A DNA stretch of 64,000 nucleotides from Octopus vulgaris (Eukaryota), in NCBI GenBank assembly GCA_951406725.2, contig OX597823.1, positions 12,834,001 through 12,898,000 on the forward strand. Reading direction: 5' to 3'. The translations under genes and the position numbers were made by a program. A model generated the notes under the pieces. It ran no database searches. It was not told the DNA's origin and saw only the letters and a list, made by a program, of their open reading frames with translations. Position 1 is the first letter of the stretch; every line of letters starts with the position of its first letter. Below are positions 41,851-54,790 of this stretch, in pieces.

Positions 41851-42060
41851 ATTGTTAAAGAGGACAACAAACATTAAGGCAACGCAGACATCTCAAGTAG
41901 TATACAATATTTTTTCCCTATTTGTTTCTGATGATGAAATATCCCATACTCGGGTATATCCCAGAAACAGCTGTAAGAATTTGATTATTTTCCAATAATG
42001 ATTCTGTATACGACTTGAGATGTTTGCCTTGCCTTAATGTTTGTTGTCCTCTTTAACAAT
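41851..42060 (+). mobile_element. Hammerhead cassette bracketed by 56-bp inverted repeats, inside (TA)n
   Basis: 41851-41906 is the reverse complement of 42005-42060; interior CTGATGA TG...CA GAAA CAGCTG TA at 41925-41978. Confidence 0.78.
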
Positions 42061-42083
42061 TATATATATATATATATATATAT

Positions 42084-44255
42084 GCCACGTGGATATAGTT
42101 TTTAGTTCCATTTATTCTTTTTCTCCATTCATAATTTTAAATGACGTTTACTTTCCATGACGCGTATTCTTTTTTTACATAAGTTATTTCTATGGTAACG
42201 TAATTTTGGTTTGATTTTTTTAACGGCTAAGAATTTAATTTCACTTTATAATTTGAAACTGACTTGTAAGTATGTATTTTATTTATCCTTATGTCATATT
42301 GTTATTTTTGATATTCTGGTTAATTACGATGTATTTAATGTTGTCTTCATAGGAGTGTTTATGTATAAGAGATTGTGTGTGAGTTTTTAGTTGTATAATT
42401 TATTTATCTGTATGAGTGTGGGTGTGTAAATATTGTTGTATATATCGAGTTTAGTGAGTATGTATATGCGTATATGTGAGGGAGTATATGTATCTGTTGT
42501 GTGTGTGTGTTTTGCCTGTGTGTGTGTTTGTGTGTGAATGTGTATATGGGTTTGTTATTTAGGTTTTGGGATGTATGTGTTAATTTGTCTGTGTGTGGAG
42601 GGAGTGGATTTTGGTGTATATTGAGGTTTATAAGTTAGTATAGGTATGTGTATAAGTCGTGGGTCTGTGGTTTACGTGTGTGTATTTGTGTGTGAATGTT
42701 TAGGTTAGGGGGATTGCTATATAGGTTTGTTTTAGAGTTTAGCAAAGGGAGATTTTATCGTTATATGTTTTTAAGAGTTTTGGTTTATCATGGTTTTTTT
42801 TAGGGAATTCGTGGTAATTTGTCTATTTTCGATGTTGGTTGTTTTATTGCATTGTTTCATTCATAATTTTTGAGTGGTGTTCGTTTTGCCACGTGAATAT
42901 TATTTTTAATTCCATTTATTCCATTTCTCCATTCATTAATTTAGAGATGTTCGTTTCCGGAGCGGTTATACTTTTTATACATATGTTAAGTTCCTTGGTA
43001 AAGTAATTTTGTTCGTGTATATGTTGAGGCTTATATGTACTTGTGGGTGTGTGTGAGTGGGGTGGGTGTTTGTATTTGTTATGGGTGTGTGGTTTACATG
43101 TGTGTTTTTGTGTGTGAATGTATAGGTTAAAGGGATTGCTATATAAGTATGTTATAGTGTTTAGTAAAGGGAGGTTTTATCATTTCTGTTTTGTGAGTTT
43201 TAGCTTATCATGGTAGTTTTATAAAAGAATCCATTCATAATTTTTGTGTTTATTTGTCTGTGTGGGGTTGAGTGGGTTTTTGGAGTATATGTTGAGGTTT
43301 ATATGTATGTTTTGGTATGTGTAAGTGGTGTGGGTATTTGTATATGTCGTGGGTGTGTGGTTTACGTGTGTGTATTTGTGTGTGAATGTTTAGGTTAGGG
43401 GGATTGCTATATAGGTATGTTATAGAGTTTAGTAAAGGGAGATTTTATCATTATATGTTTTTGTGAGTTTTGGTTTATCATGGTAGGTTTGTTAAGGAAT
43501 TCGTAGTAATTTGTGTATATTTGCGATGTCTGTTGTTTTATTGCATTGTTTCATTCATAATTTTTAAGTAGTGTTCGTTTTACCAAGTGAATATAATTTT
43601 TAATTCCATTTATTCCATTTCTCCGTTCATAATTTTGAGTGATGTCCGTTTTCTAGAGCGTGAATGTGGGTTGTATGTGTGTGTGTGTGGGAGTATGAAT
43701 AAGTATTGTGTTGAAGTATTTAGCTATTTTATTTATTTATAGTTGCCTAGACGTTTTTATGTGTATGTATAGGGATATATATATATAGGTGTGTGGTTTA
43801 GTGTATGTAGTTAGATATGGTTATATATAATTAGGTATATGTGTATGGGTGTATATATAGTTTATTATTATATTATTATTATTTTTTTGTTTTGTTTTAT
43901 ATTTTATATTTTATTTTTTATTTTTTATTTTATATTTTATATTTTATAGTTAATTGTTGATAGGTTTATTTTAGTTTATATATTGTTTATATATTGATTA
44001 TATATGGATTATATATAGGTTATATATGGATTATATATTTATATTTTTTCATTCATACTTTAATTATTTTAAAATTATTATTTGTATATTTTAAAATATT
44101 GATATTTTAGATTGAAGTCCACCTGAAGATTGTCGATCAAGACAAGAAACGATTGTAGTGGCGGTTTTTTTGACTATTTATTAAAATTTTATGTATTGAT
44201 TAAGTCTTTCCTTGTTTGTTTTGCAAAATAGTGGTTTTGTCTCTAATAATATTTT
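42084..44255 (+). repeat. 2.2-kb T/G-rich strand-biased element with diverged internal repeats, ending in a hammerhead
   Basis: CCACGTG.ATAT...TTCCATTTATTC recurs at about 42084, 42888 and 43582; GGTTTACGTGTGTGTATTTG...GGGATTGCTATATA at about 42661, 43083 and 43351. Confidence 0.7.
44119..44161 (+). ncRNA. Minimal type I hammerhead ribozyme motif, intact core
   Basis: CCAC CTGAAGA TTGTC GATCAA GACAA GAAA CGATTG TA^GTGG; stems I and II perfect, near-palindromic stem III. Confidence 0.8.
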
Positions 44256-44295
44256 ATATATATATATATATATAACGCGAAAACTTCTACACATC

Positions 44296-44331
<36 letters not shown>

Positions 44332-44410
44332 TAATACGGTATGTAAAAGCCCCATTCGGTGTGTGGTCATTTACACAGCATTTTGTCTTGGCTACACGCG
44401 GCTATTATTA

Positions 44411-44442
<32 letters not shown>

Positions 44443-44448
<6 letters not shown>

Positions 44449-44656
44449 TAATCCAAACAAGAAAACAAAAACAAAAAAACAACAACGCAAGGACGTGGAA
44501 CAAATAAAGTATTATTGGACGCTCAGGAAAGAAGGGAAGAATGAGGGTTTGATTTTTCGAGCGGAGCTCTTCGTCGGAAACATAGGAGAAGGAAAGATCC
44601 CGAGAAGGGAAGACAGGGGAAAAATCGCTAGTGATAGAGACGAGGTCACATACTAA
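44443..44656 (-). mobile_element. Hammerhead-tail family H copy (CCGACGA core at 44547-44581)
   Basis: Homology to the other H copies; flanked by (TA)n. Confidence 0.82.
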
Positions 44657-45349
44657 AAGACCATATATATATATAAATACATTTTGTGAAAAAAATTTGT
44701 AGACCATAAATATTTAGTTGACTAAATTTTGCCAACATACTTTTCTGTCAATTGTGTGGTATAATTCATTACGCCAGTTCAATTCTGTAACTGTGTATTG
44801 AACAGGCAGAGTTGTAAAGAGTATGGCATACAGAACAAATTAAATACTTAAAGTTTCCAACTAACGCAGTGGGAATCGAATTTATAAATCACGATGATTT
44901 ATATTGTTATTTTCGCTAGATTACATGTCTGTGAGGTTCTGTTAATATTCGTAATATTCTTACATTTTGATAATACGTTATTTGTATTAGTGTACGTTTG
45001 GTATGACAAAATAGTTAAGATCTTCCTTTCATAAATACGATATTCTAGGTTCTAATGCAATGTATGTCATCATCTGTAAATACTTCCTGTAGTCCCAATC
45101 CCACCCATAGCCACATGTGTAGAAAACTTAAGGGCTGTGCTGTCTGTGGAATTATTGGGCAGTTACATGTTAATTCAGGAGGAGGTAACTTAGTTGATCT
45201 AAGAAATTTATCATCAAAGTCGACCGACGGAGGTCCACTAACATCACTTGTTTGTTTGCTTAGAAAGCCCTTTGTCTCCTGCTTAATGAGTCATCTTATG
45301 GTCTGTTAACTTATTCCATAATTATTATTCACTTTGCTCATATAATATA

Positions 45350-45741
45350 CTAGCAGCATCGCCCGGCGTTGCTCGGGTTTGTAAGGGAAATAACTATATA
45401 AGTATTTTTAGTGATGTAAAGTATAATAGCCATCTCAATATGGATAACCACAAAGGGGGGGGGGTTACTGTAGCTTTTACGTTCTGAGATTTAATAGTAT
45501 ATTTTTAGAGAGTTACTTCCCTTATATATGCCAAAAATGCATTAAAAATGGAAGAAAATTATGGTAATTTTTTTTAAAATCGTAGACTTATCGTAGACGC
45601 GCGCTAATACTCAGAAGGGCTCGATATGAATCACGACTATAAGATACCCGGTTTTGGTTAAACTGCACCGCAAAATGTGGGAGTAGATAGGAATCTAAAT
45701 CGTAGGAGACAGACACACAACCTTACTTTTATATATAAAGA
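45350..45741 (-). mobile_element. Non-autonomous Helitron
   Basis: Minus strand starts A|TCTTTATATATAAAAG and ends with hairpin CCCGAGCAACGCCGGG then CTAG|T; no TSD. Confidence 0.85.
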
Positions 45742-46179
45742 TTTCATGTGTAGAAGTTTTCGCGTTTTGTTATATGTGGCGTGTAATGTATTTGTTGCGT
45801 TGTATTTTTGATTGCATTGTTCTACGTCTTGATCTGGTACTTTGTCAGAAAACTGTCATTGTTCAATGTTTACATTATTCTGTGGATTTAATTGCTATTG
45901 GAAACACAACGTCAAAAAAAAAAAATACGACTCAAGGCATAGAAAGTAGTTGTAACTTGTACCGTGAAAGACTAATGGTCAACTGAAAATAGTTAACAAT
46001 GATGGCGACAAGTAGAGCGACGGCAAACAAAAACAACAAAGACAAACAAAAATAATTTTTGATAATAATAATGACAATAATGATGATGATAATAATAATG
46101 ACAATAATGATGATGGTGATGATGATGATGATGATGATGATGATAATAATGACAATAATGACAATAATAATGACAATAA

Positions 46180-46410
46180 TACTCTTTTTACTCTTTTACT
46201 TGTTTCAGTCATTGGACTGCGGCCATGCTTTGGGCACCGACTTTAGTCGAGCAAAATGCCAGCAGGACTTATTCTTTGGAAGCCTAGTACTTATTCTATT
46301 GGTCTCTTTAGCAGAACCGCTAATTTACGGGGACGTAAACACACCAACATCGACTAAAGGCGGTGAGCCAGCAGTGAAATGACTGAAACAAGTACAAAGA
46401 ATAAAAGATA
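46180..46410 (-). mobile_element. 5'-truncated SINE family A with an inverted copy of its own tail
   Basis: CTTGTTTCAGTCAT at the left end and ATGACTGAAACAAG at the right end. Confidence 0.75.
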
Positions 46411-46434
46411 TATATATATATATATATATATATA

Positions 46435-46878
46435 TTGCTTGGCATCCTTTCTGTCTCGGGAGACAATGGAGTTCCGCATGAAGTAGTCTAGTCCGGCTTT
46501 TATATTTCATGTCCCGATACATTTCCTGCTGTGACTGTGTAGTCCTATCCTGGACAAACACCTGCTCTGGCAGGTACCGCAAATGTAGCGAAGACTGTTC
46601 CTGGCTGGTTGTAATGCCATAGTCTCTTGTTGACGTCTCTTCTTTTCTTTCCATTTCTCCTCTCTCTCTCTGTCACTCCTTTGTATTCCTTCTTTTACGG
46701 TACGTCGCCATTCTCCACGGTTGCCGGCAACTGCCTCCCAACCGCTAATATTGATGTTGCAAGCCTTCATGTCCCTTTTGCAAACATCCTTGTAACGTAA
46801 GATCGGTCTACTCACATACCTAGTACCCCTAGCAAGCTCTCCGTAGAGTATGTCCTTGTGGATTCTGCCATCCTTCAT
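46435..46878 (-). pseudogene. RTE-clade LINE 3' end
   Basis: MKDGRIHKDILYGEL...RPILRYKDVCKRDM...C..C...SRIGLHSHSRKC plus a short 3' UTR. Confidence 0.88.
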
Positions 46879-47355
46879 ATATATATATATATATATACAT
46901 GTCCAACCAAGAGCATATCTATATGGCTCCGTAATTCGCTCGAATTCGCGAACAAATGTTCGTTAAAATCCATTCTATCGTTTTTGGATGGCTGTATTCG
47001 AAATGACTTCAGGCATCACAACAAATACATTACTGCAGATGGGTAGATATGAAAGAGTCTATAACTAATGCTTCAGCTACTCAATATTAATGGTAAACAG
47101 TAAGGTGCAAAAATATGGCATGAGTTTTAAATGCACAAAGTAGTGGCTACACTTCAGAAAAATAATCCTCAACAAATGACAATGTTGCACTTTGAAGTGA
47201 AACATATCTACCCGGATACATTTTAAATCTAAACAAGACAAAAACAAATGGAAGAATATGTTTCAATGCCTACTAAAATTTACACGTTTAACAAATCATA
47301 TAGTGTCATGTAAACTCCAAAATCGAAATCAATCTTTGAGTTAGATTAGAAATCA

Positions 47356-47518
47356 GACGCAGGAGTGACTGTGTGGTGAGTAGCTTGCTTAACAACCACA
47401 TGATTCCGGGTTCATTCCCACTGCGTGACACTTTGGGTGAGTGTCTTCTACTTTAGCCTCGGGCCGACCAAAGCCTTGTGAGTGGATTTGGTAGGCAGAA
47501 ACTGAAAGAATTCCGTCG

Positions 47519-47572
<54 letters not shown>

Positions 47573-47790
47573 TGTGTGTCTGTGTTAGTCCCCTCAACAT
47601 CGCTTGACAACCGATGGTGGTGTGTTTACGTCCCCGTAACTTACGGGTTCGGCAAAAGAGACCGATAGAATAAGTACTAGGCTTCCAAAGAATAAGTCCT
47701 GGTGTCGATTTGCTCGACTAAAAAGGCGGTGCTCCAGCATAGCCGCAGTCAAATGACTGAAACAAGTAAAATATTAAAAGAATAAAAGAG
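47356..47790 (+). mobile_element. SINE family A, full length
   Basis: Complete head, body and tail. Confidence 0.88.
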
Positions 47791-48460
47791 AGAGAGAGAG
47801 AGAGAGAGAGTAAAAGAGTACGTCGATACATTAGTACATGACAAAAGTAGGGATCTCTAGACGTAAACATCGCCAAATTACTTTCAAATATCATTATCCC
47901 CTAAAAATGGAGGTACACAATGCTTGATGCATTATGTTTGTATTCAATAGCAGGACTACGGCCTGAAAGAATTTTATAGGTTTCTTGACCCATGATTGAC
48001 ATTCAATAAAGCAACAGCATTAAGAGCAAAAACAGCAACGAAACTATGTATTCGTCGATTCCGCTGGAAATACAGCTAAATATCATATCTGTTAAATCGG
48101 ATCCTAACCTTTTCAGGGTCGGAAAATACAATGTATAACCTAGATAATCATGGCAAGCCATCATATTAGCAGCTGTCCTTTTCTTTTAAACAATAACAAC
48201 GATAACAACTGAAAGAAATATCAGCACCATAGAACAGTTAATGAATAAAGCTTCGGAAGATTCACTTAGGAGTAAATATACCCGAAGATTATAAACTAAA
48301 ATGTATTTCGAGCACAAAGGAAAAATGCCGCTCCTCCGAAAAGGTCAGTTGGAAATATGACTACAGTATTTACATAATAGGCAGTTTGTATATATATATT
48401 TATAATTTTACAAAAAAGGAAAATACACACACTTTACATAGTTTTAATGTAATTTTTAAT

Positions 48461-48495
48461 ATATCGACCGGTTTCGCTTTCGCTATTCATGATAT
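48461..48495 (-). ncRNA. Degenerate minimal hammerhead motif
   Basis: Minus strand: ATATC ATGAATA GC GAAA GC GAAA CCGG TC GATAT; perfect stem I and ACCGGT palindrome, two core substitutions. Confidence 0.5.
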
Positions 48496-48670
48496 TAAGG
48501 TTTACTTATTTGAATATGTATTTTCTTAAGATGAAATTTTTGTCCATGTGTGTGACGATATTTTCGAAGGAATGACTTCACAAGTAGAAAAATAAGGGGA
48601 GGTAATTGCTTATCGTTATTATTGTTATTGTTCTGAGGTATAACTGTTCGGCTTTCGGTAAGGGGAAGGG

Positions 48671-48714
<44 letters not shown>

Positions 48715-48882
48715 CATAAAAGTTGTTTAGTGAGAGGATTTATGTACAGTGATGTAATTGTTGATATATTAAAATTTATATTAAAACTATGTAATATATA
48801 TGTATTTTCCTTTTTTAAATTTCTTTTATATATTTTAACTCATCACGTGGGGATAATCAAAATTCCTCCTTTTTTGTTACTA

Positions 48883-49430
48883 TTGGGTTGTCCGAAAAGT
48901 TCGCGCCGATTTTTAAAAGAAAGAAAAAGGTCAATAAATACATGCCATTACATTTTTAATCAACCAAATATGAAACATTTTGTTGCACAATGTGTCTCCA
49001 TCTTTCCTTTAACTTGGAAATACCCTCTTCCCAGAATTGAGGTGGTTTCATGGGAAAGAATTCATCAAGATATCTTTTCAAGGAATTGAAATTTTTACCA
49101 TTAAGAATATTCTGCAGAAACCTGAATAAGTGGAAATCCGAAGGGGCAATATCTGATGAATATGTAGGGTGGGGTAACACATCCCAGCCGAGCTGCAGCA
49201 ATTTTTGTCTGGTTCCTAAACATCAAGTTCCGAAAATGAACTTTCATATATAAAGGGTTACAAAATTAACACAGGTTATTGGAACATAAGCCTTCTTCCC
49301 CGAAAACATAGCTTAAAATGTGCTCGAAATAGAGGTGCAGTCAAATTCTGTTTTATAGACTCAACCATGTTCTAATATAAGTCGAAAGGTAAGCTAATAT
49401 AAATCGGCACCAACTTTCCCGACAACCCAA
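48883..49430 (-). mobile_element. Internally deleted mariner with both TIRs and TA TSD
   Basis: TA-TTGGGTTGTCCGAAAAGTT ... AACTTTCCCGACAACCCAA-TA; HPTYSSDIAPSDFHLF motif. Confidence 0.9.
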
Positions 49431-49444
49431 TACTATATATATAT

Positions 49445-50102
49445 ATCAATAATTAAGGGTAAAATCAATTAGTTATTAATTAATTTCACCAAGTAGTGTT
49501 CAGTATGTAAAAGGACGATTCAAGGCGTATTCAAAATATTACTTTATATAATTAAGGGATCAGTAAAATAATTTACTTTGCCACATACTGAAATTTTTAG
49601 AAATAGCAGCCAAAAACAATTTTCTGTAGCCATTTCTACTACTTTAAGAAGAATCTCCCTGATAGTGCTTACTCAAAAATAATTCACGTAGATATGGAGG
49701 GAACACAACAAAATATCATATGGACAAAAATTATTTGAGAACGTTCAACGTTTCTAGATTAGCCGAATTAAAACTCGACATTTCTTTCGTCAGCTCAACA
49801 TTTCTTATTTGGATTTGAAAGCACTAAAAATAATGAACATACCAATCCGACATGAATCACCTCAGATGAACATCTCCAAACTGATAGTGCCACCGAATTC
49901 AAACAGTACAAGTAAAGAATTTATGTACTTCCCCCTTCCATCCACGTGAGTTATCGAGTAAACATGGTTTTAACGGTGAAAACCGAAGTAAATGAGAAAC
50001 AGGGAGAAAGGAATTGTATTATCAATAATTAAGGGTAAAATCAATTAGTTATTAATTAATTTCACCAAGTAGTGTTCAGTATGCAAAAGGACCATTCAAG
50101 GC

Positions 50103-50105
<3 letters not shown>
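49445..50105 (-). mobile_element. (TA)n-flanked element with about 85-bp direct terminal repeat and degenerate hammerhead (49743-49799)
   Basis: ATCAATAATTAAGGGTAAAATC...TTCAAGGCGTAT at about 49445 and 50020; minus-strand CTGACGA...GAAACGTT. Confidence 0.65.
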
Positions 50106-50146
<41 letters not shown>

Positions 50147-50594
50147 TAATTTTACTCTGCTATGTATTGAGTACCTTATTTACTGTGGTTAACCCTGAAT
50201 CAACCCGGGACCTGTATATATATATATTTAAATGAAAACAACCAAAACAGCACTGATTCTACTGGATGAGGAATTAAGCATGAGACCATTTCGTGGTTCC
50301 ATGAATCGGTAAATAAACACTCCAAATATCTCTCAAATCGTACATTTCTGTCTATATAAAGAAATATTTTAGGATGTTTACACAAAGTAGACATAACATT
50401 ATAGAATTACAGGATGATTTATGGCTGGAGGAAATAGCTTCATATAGATCTCCTCTTGATGACTTATATAATTATATACAGTAACAAAACACAAAACGAA
50501 AATAGAAAACAAATAAAAGTAATAACAAGCACTGAAACGTCTGAGTCATTACAGAGTTGGACATAATGACTCGTAAATTTTGTTTTGACTCCCT

Positions 50595-51009
50595 CTCTCT
50601 CTCTTTTACTCTTTTACTTGTTTCGGTCATTTGACCGTGGCCATGCTGGAGTACCACCTTTTAGTCGAGCAAATCGACCCCAGGACTTATTCTTTGTAAG
50701 CCTAGTACTTATTCTATCGGTCTCTTTTGCCGAACCGCTAAGTTACGGGGACGTAAACACACCAGCATCGGTTGTCAAGCGATGTTGACGGGACAAACAC
50801 AGACACACAAACACATACACACATATATATATATATACATATATACGACGGGCTTCTTTCAGTTTTCGTCTACCAAATCCACTCAAAAGGCTTTGGTCGG
50901 CCCGAGGCTATAGCAGAAGACACTTGCCCAAGGTGCCATGCAGTGGGACTGAACCCGGAACCATGTGGTTGGTAAGCAAGCTACTTACCACACAGTCACC
51001 CCTACGCCT
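50595..51009 (-). mobile_element. SINE family A, full length
   Basis: Reverse complement of the family A consensus. Confidence 0.88.
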
Positions 51010-51826
51010 CTGTATAATTTGGGTTGAAATTACGCAGAAATCACTTTGACATTCATCCTTTTGACGCCGATAAAAACATATTAATTCAGAGTGGTTGGTT
51101 GGTAAAACTATGAGAATTGTTTTAACGAATGTCTTGTAATATTTGTTCCGCCATTTTGCACCCTGCGCTTCTAACCCACAATAGTGAATGTACCCTTTGC
51201 CCATGGTGTCAGGTGGAACGCTACCACCTGGTACTATGGATATATTTTGTCGAAGTTTCACAAGGATTCTTACTGGGTGACAGGTTTGAAGATACTTTTT
51301 ACACTCCTATCCACCTGTCTCGGAAACCCTGTTAAAGTTCATAAGCACTACCTTATCTCCTCTCTAATTAAATATAAAGAATTGAGTTGAAAAATAAAAG
51401 AAAGTTAGGTGAAATAAATGAGATTTATAAATACTAATTGGTTATTCTTGGAAAACTCAATTACAACATTGAAATAAAATTACGATATTAATAGATATAA
51501 AAAGAAAATGGAAAATTAACAGAAATAAAAGCGTGAAATTTAACATAGAACATTTTTTTCAAGTTGAAACTAAATTAAACAAACGTTTATTTATACAAAA
51601 TAAACGATTTGAAAGAAAATATACAACACTTTCTGAATGATAATTCTGACATGGGCGAAGAAACTCACCAACACAACTACAAACAGAAAAAAATATATAA
51701 AAAGAAAACAAAAAAAAAAAACTACGTCTGTTGCGACAGACAGTAAAATGGTAATAGTTAATAGAGAAAAAATAAAGACTGGAAATGGTAGAATATATTG
51801 ACCAAAGTGATGATCTTAGTGCACAA

Positions 51827-51873
51827 GTAATAATAATAATGATAATAATAATAATAATAGTAATAATAATATA

Positions 51874-51905
<32 letters not shown>

Positions 51906-51931
51906 TAATAATAATAATGATGATGATGATG

Positions 51932-52001
<70 letters not shown>

Positions 52002-52275
52002 TAATAATATTAATAATAACAATAACAACAACAACAACAATAGTAATAATAAGTAGGAGAAGAAGAAGAAGAAGAAGAAGAAGAAGAAAAAGAAAAAGGA
52101 GGAGGAGAAGGAGGAGAAGAAGAAGAAGAAGAAGAAGAAGGAGGAGGAGGAGGAGAAGAAGAAGAAGAAGAAGAAGAAGAAGAAGGAGTAGGAGGAGAAG
52201 AGAAGAAGAAGAAGAAGAAGAAGAAGAAGAAGAAGAAGAAGAAGAAGAAGAAGAAGAAGAAGAAGAAGAAGAAGA
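51827..52275. repeat. Compound (AAT)n/(GAT)n/(AAC)n/(GAA)n/(GGA)n microsatellite
   Basis: Directly visible. Confidence 0.97.
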
Positions 52276-52538
52276 GTGCCGTGAGCTGACAGAGTGCCAA
52301 ATGTCTGTCTGAAAATAAAATACAAGTACATACAATGGCTTTCAATAGAACGCTGGACCGATGTTGAATACTCATGATGGTTATTGGAAGTCTGGACAGC
52401 TGTTGTAGCTTAAATAATAGACAACATCACTCTCAAGAACCACAAGTGCGCGCACACACATACACACATGTATATGTAGTTATACATACATACACACACC
52501 ACACATACATGCATACATACAAACATACATGACGCATC

Positions 52539-52613
<75 letters not shown>

Positions 52614-52642
52614 ATACAATATGTTACATTACTCGGTAGTCA

Positions 52643-52705
52643 AGATAAAACTCTGAGTTTCAGATGCCGAAGTGGAAATCCACAACACCATCTCTTCGGT
52701 TATCT
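52643..52705 (-). ncRNA. Hammerhead-like motif, left arm (CCGAAGA core)
   Basis: Exact mirror of 53133-53195. Confidence 0.58.
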
Positions 52706-53132
52706 GGCTATTTGAAAACGTTATGAAAAAATACCGTTAAAAATGAAGGGAAATTACTCTGTTATAACTCTGCTTTGCCTGCGTACTTATACATCGCTCG
52801 CATTTTTCGTCATAAAAATTATATAAAAATACATAAAAATATATAAAAATATATAAAAATATATAAAATCTTCTTGGGACATAACACAGAAAGCATGTTC
52901 TATCCGTTTTCTTTTGGTCCCCTAAAGAAAACGGATAGAACATGCTTTCTGTGTTATGTCCCAAGAAGATTTTATATATTTTTATATATTTTTATATATT
53001 TTTATGTATTTTTATATAATTTTTATGACGAAAAATGCGAGCGATGTATAAGTACGCAGGCAAAGCAGAGTTATAACAGAGTAATTTCCCTTCATTTTTA
53101 ACGGTATTTTTTCATAACGTTTTCAAATAGCC

Positions 53133-53195
53133 AGATAACCGAAGAGATGGTGTTGTGGATTTCCACTTCGGCATCTGAAACTCAGAGTTTTATCT
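53133..53195 (+). ncRNA. Hammerhead-like motif, right arm (CCGAAGA core)
   Basis: AGATAA CCGAAGA GATG...CATC T GAA ACTC A GAGT T^TTATCT; perfect 6-bp stem I and 4-bp stems II and III. Confidence 0.58.
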
Positions 53196-53404
53196 TGACT
53201 ACCGAGTAATGTAACATATTGTATAGATAAATTTCCTCTATTTACATAATATTGAGGTCTCTTTCTTTCTTTTGTTATCTTACCGTTTTATCAATATATA
53301 TATATATATATATATATATTTGTAAAAAATGAAGTTCGAAAATGCTGCTATATTATACAATTTTTTATTTTTATATATACATTATAACATGTTTCAGTTC
53401 CTGA

Positions 53405-53466
<62 letters not shown>

Positions 53467-53479
53467 TATATGTATATAA

Positions 53480-53653
<174 letters not shown>

Positions 53654-54511
53654 GTATAGATGACAACGGGCTAACATTAGCGCACAAAAATGACTGAATG
53701 CCACCCTTTCTGTCAGATAAAATGGTAGCACGTTTTGAAAATTGAAAAAGCCTTCCAGAAAGACGCTCGGGTACCATACATGGATAGAAAACAATATGAG
53801 GTGAGAGAGTAGAGGAGTGAAGATTATAAGCATGGTCTTCATCAACAAAAGAAAATCCATTGAGAATGTCCTCCATAATAGAATCATGCAAAATAAAAAG
53901 CAATTTGATAAATAGAATCACGTTTTCATTTGAAACTCAATAGTCTAGATATGGAACAGAAAGAACTAAAGTATAGCAAAATTGTGCTTCTCTGGAAGTG
54001 CCAAGGAAGCCTCAAGGAATCACAGAAGTATGTGAGAAAATGAAGTCAATTTTCTTGAGCTTTCTGAGGGCCACAGTTGATTTCTATATTCCATCAAAGG
54101 AAGAAATGGATGCAGTCCGGTCAGACACTTCAATGGAAATCTACTCTATCGGGAAAAAAGAGGGTGCATGATGTAACTGTCTTTCATAAAACAGAGAACA
54201 TGGGTAAGGTGCAAACTCAATTTGAAGAAATAGCCATGAACTAGTTGCACAGTATACTGACAAGCGGAACACTAAAGTCATTGTTGAGGATATCGTTGAT
54301 GACATATCACCCAATGTTACGGCAGTTCGGGCGTAACTTTGATCGATGTGACATCAAATATGTCCCTCACAGATATACGTCTCCTCATGACCTGACAAGA
54401 CCAAGAAAGAACGTTACTGTTCTATACTTTAGAGATTGCTTAATGGAAGGTCTTTAAAATCAGTACCCAGTTCAGATGACCCAGCTGCTACATGTGAGAC
54501 AACAAAATCTG

Positions 54512-54790
54512 CTTAGATAACTTAGATAACTTAGATATGTTTCGACCAAAGATTGGTTCAGACCATGTCTAACTTAATAGCACCACCTGGTAGGATTATT
54601 CGAATCGTGTTTAAGTCAAGTTTTGTTTAAGTCAAGTTTTGTTCAAGTAGTGAGTTCTTGTTGGGTGAGTTGTATCCAATTATGGGTGGCTTATCTGGTA
54701 TTCTTTGAAGGAATCTATCCAGACTCCGTTTAAAGGTGATGGGATCCTTTTCCTCCTTGATCTCCCTCGGGACAATGTTAAATAGGGCTT
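54512..54790 (-). pseudogene. CR1/L2-group-like LINE 3' end with short tandem tail
   Basis: Manual translation ALFNIVPREIKEEKDPITFKRSLDRFLQRIPDKPPIIGYNSPNKNSL; tail (TAAGTTATC)n. Confidence 0.7.

Larger units (their letters stand above)
52609..53295. mobile_element. Fold-back element with 306-bp apparently identical inverted arms (52609-52914 / 52924-53229), 9-nt loop, flanked by (TA)n
   Basis: Mirror positions sum to 105838; mirrored ORFs 52737- and 52874+. Confidence 0.93.

Noticed and set aside
53655-54500. Coding-like composition, possibly a LINE ORF1 remnant
   Set aside because: No recognisable motif in the frames examined; cannot be assigned by eye.
54555-54575. CTGA..GAAAC hairpin in the LINE 3' UTR as a hammerhead
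   Set aside because: Lacks the NGA part of the core and stem I; more likely an ordinary LINE 3' stem-loop.
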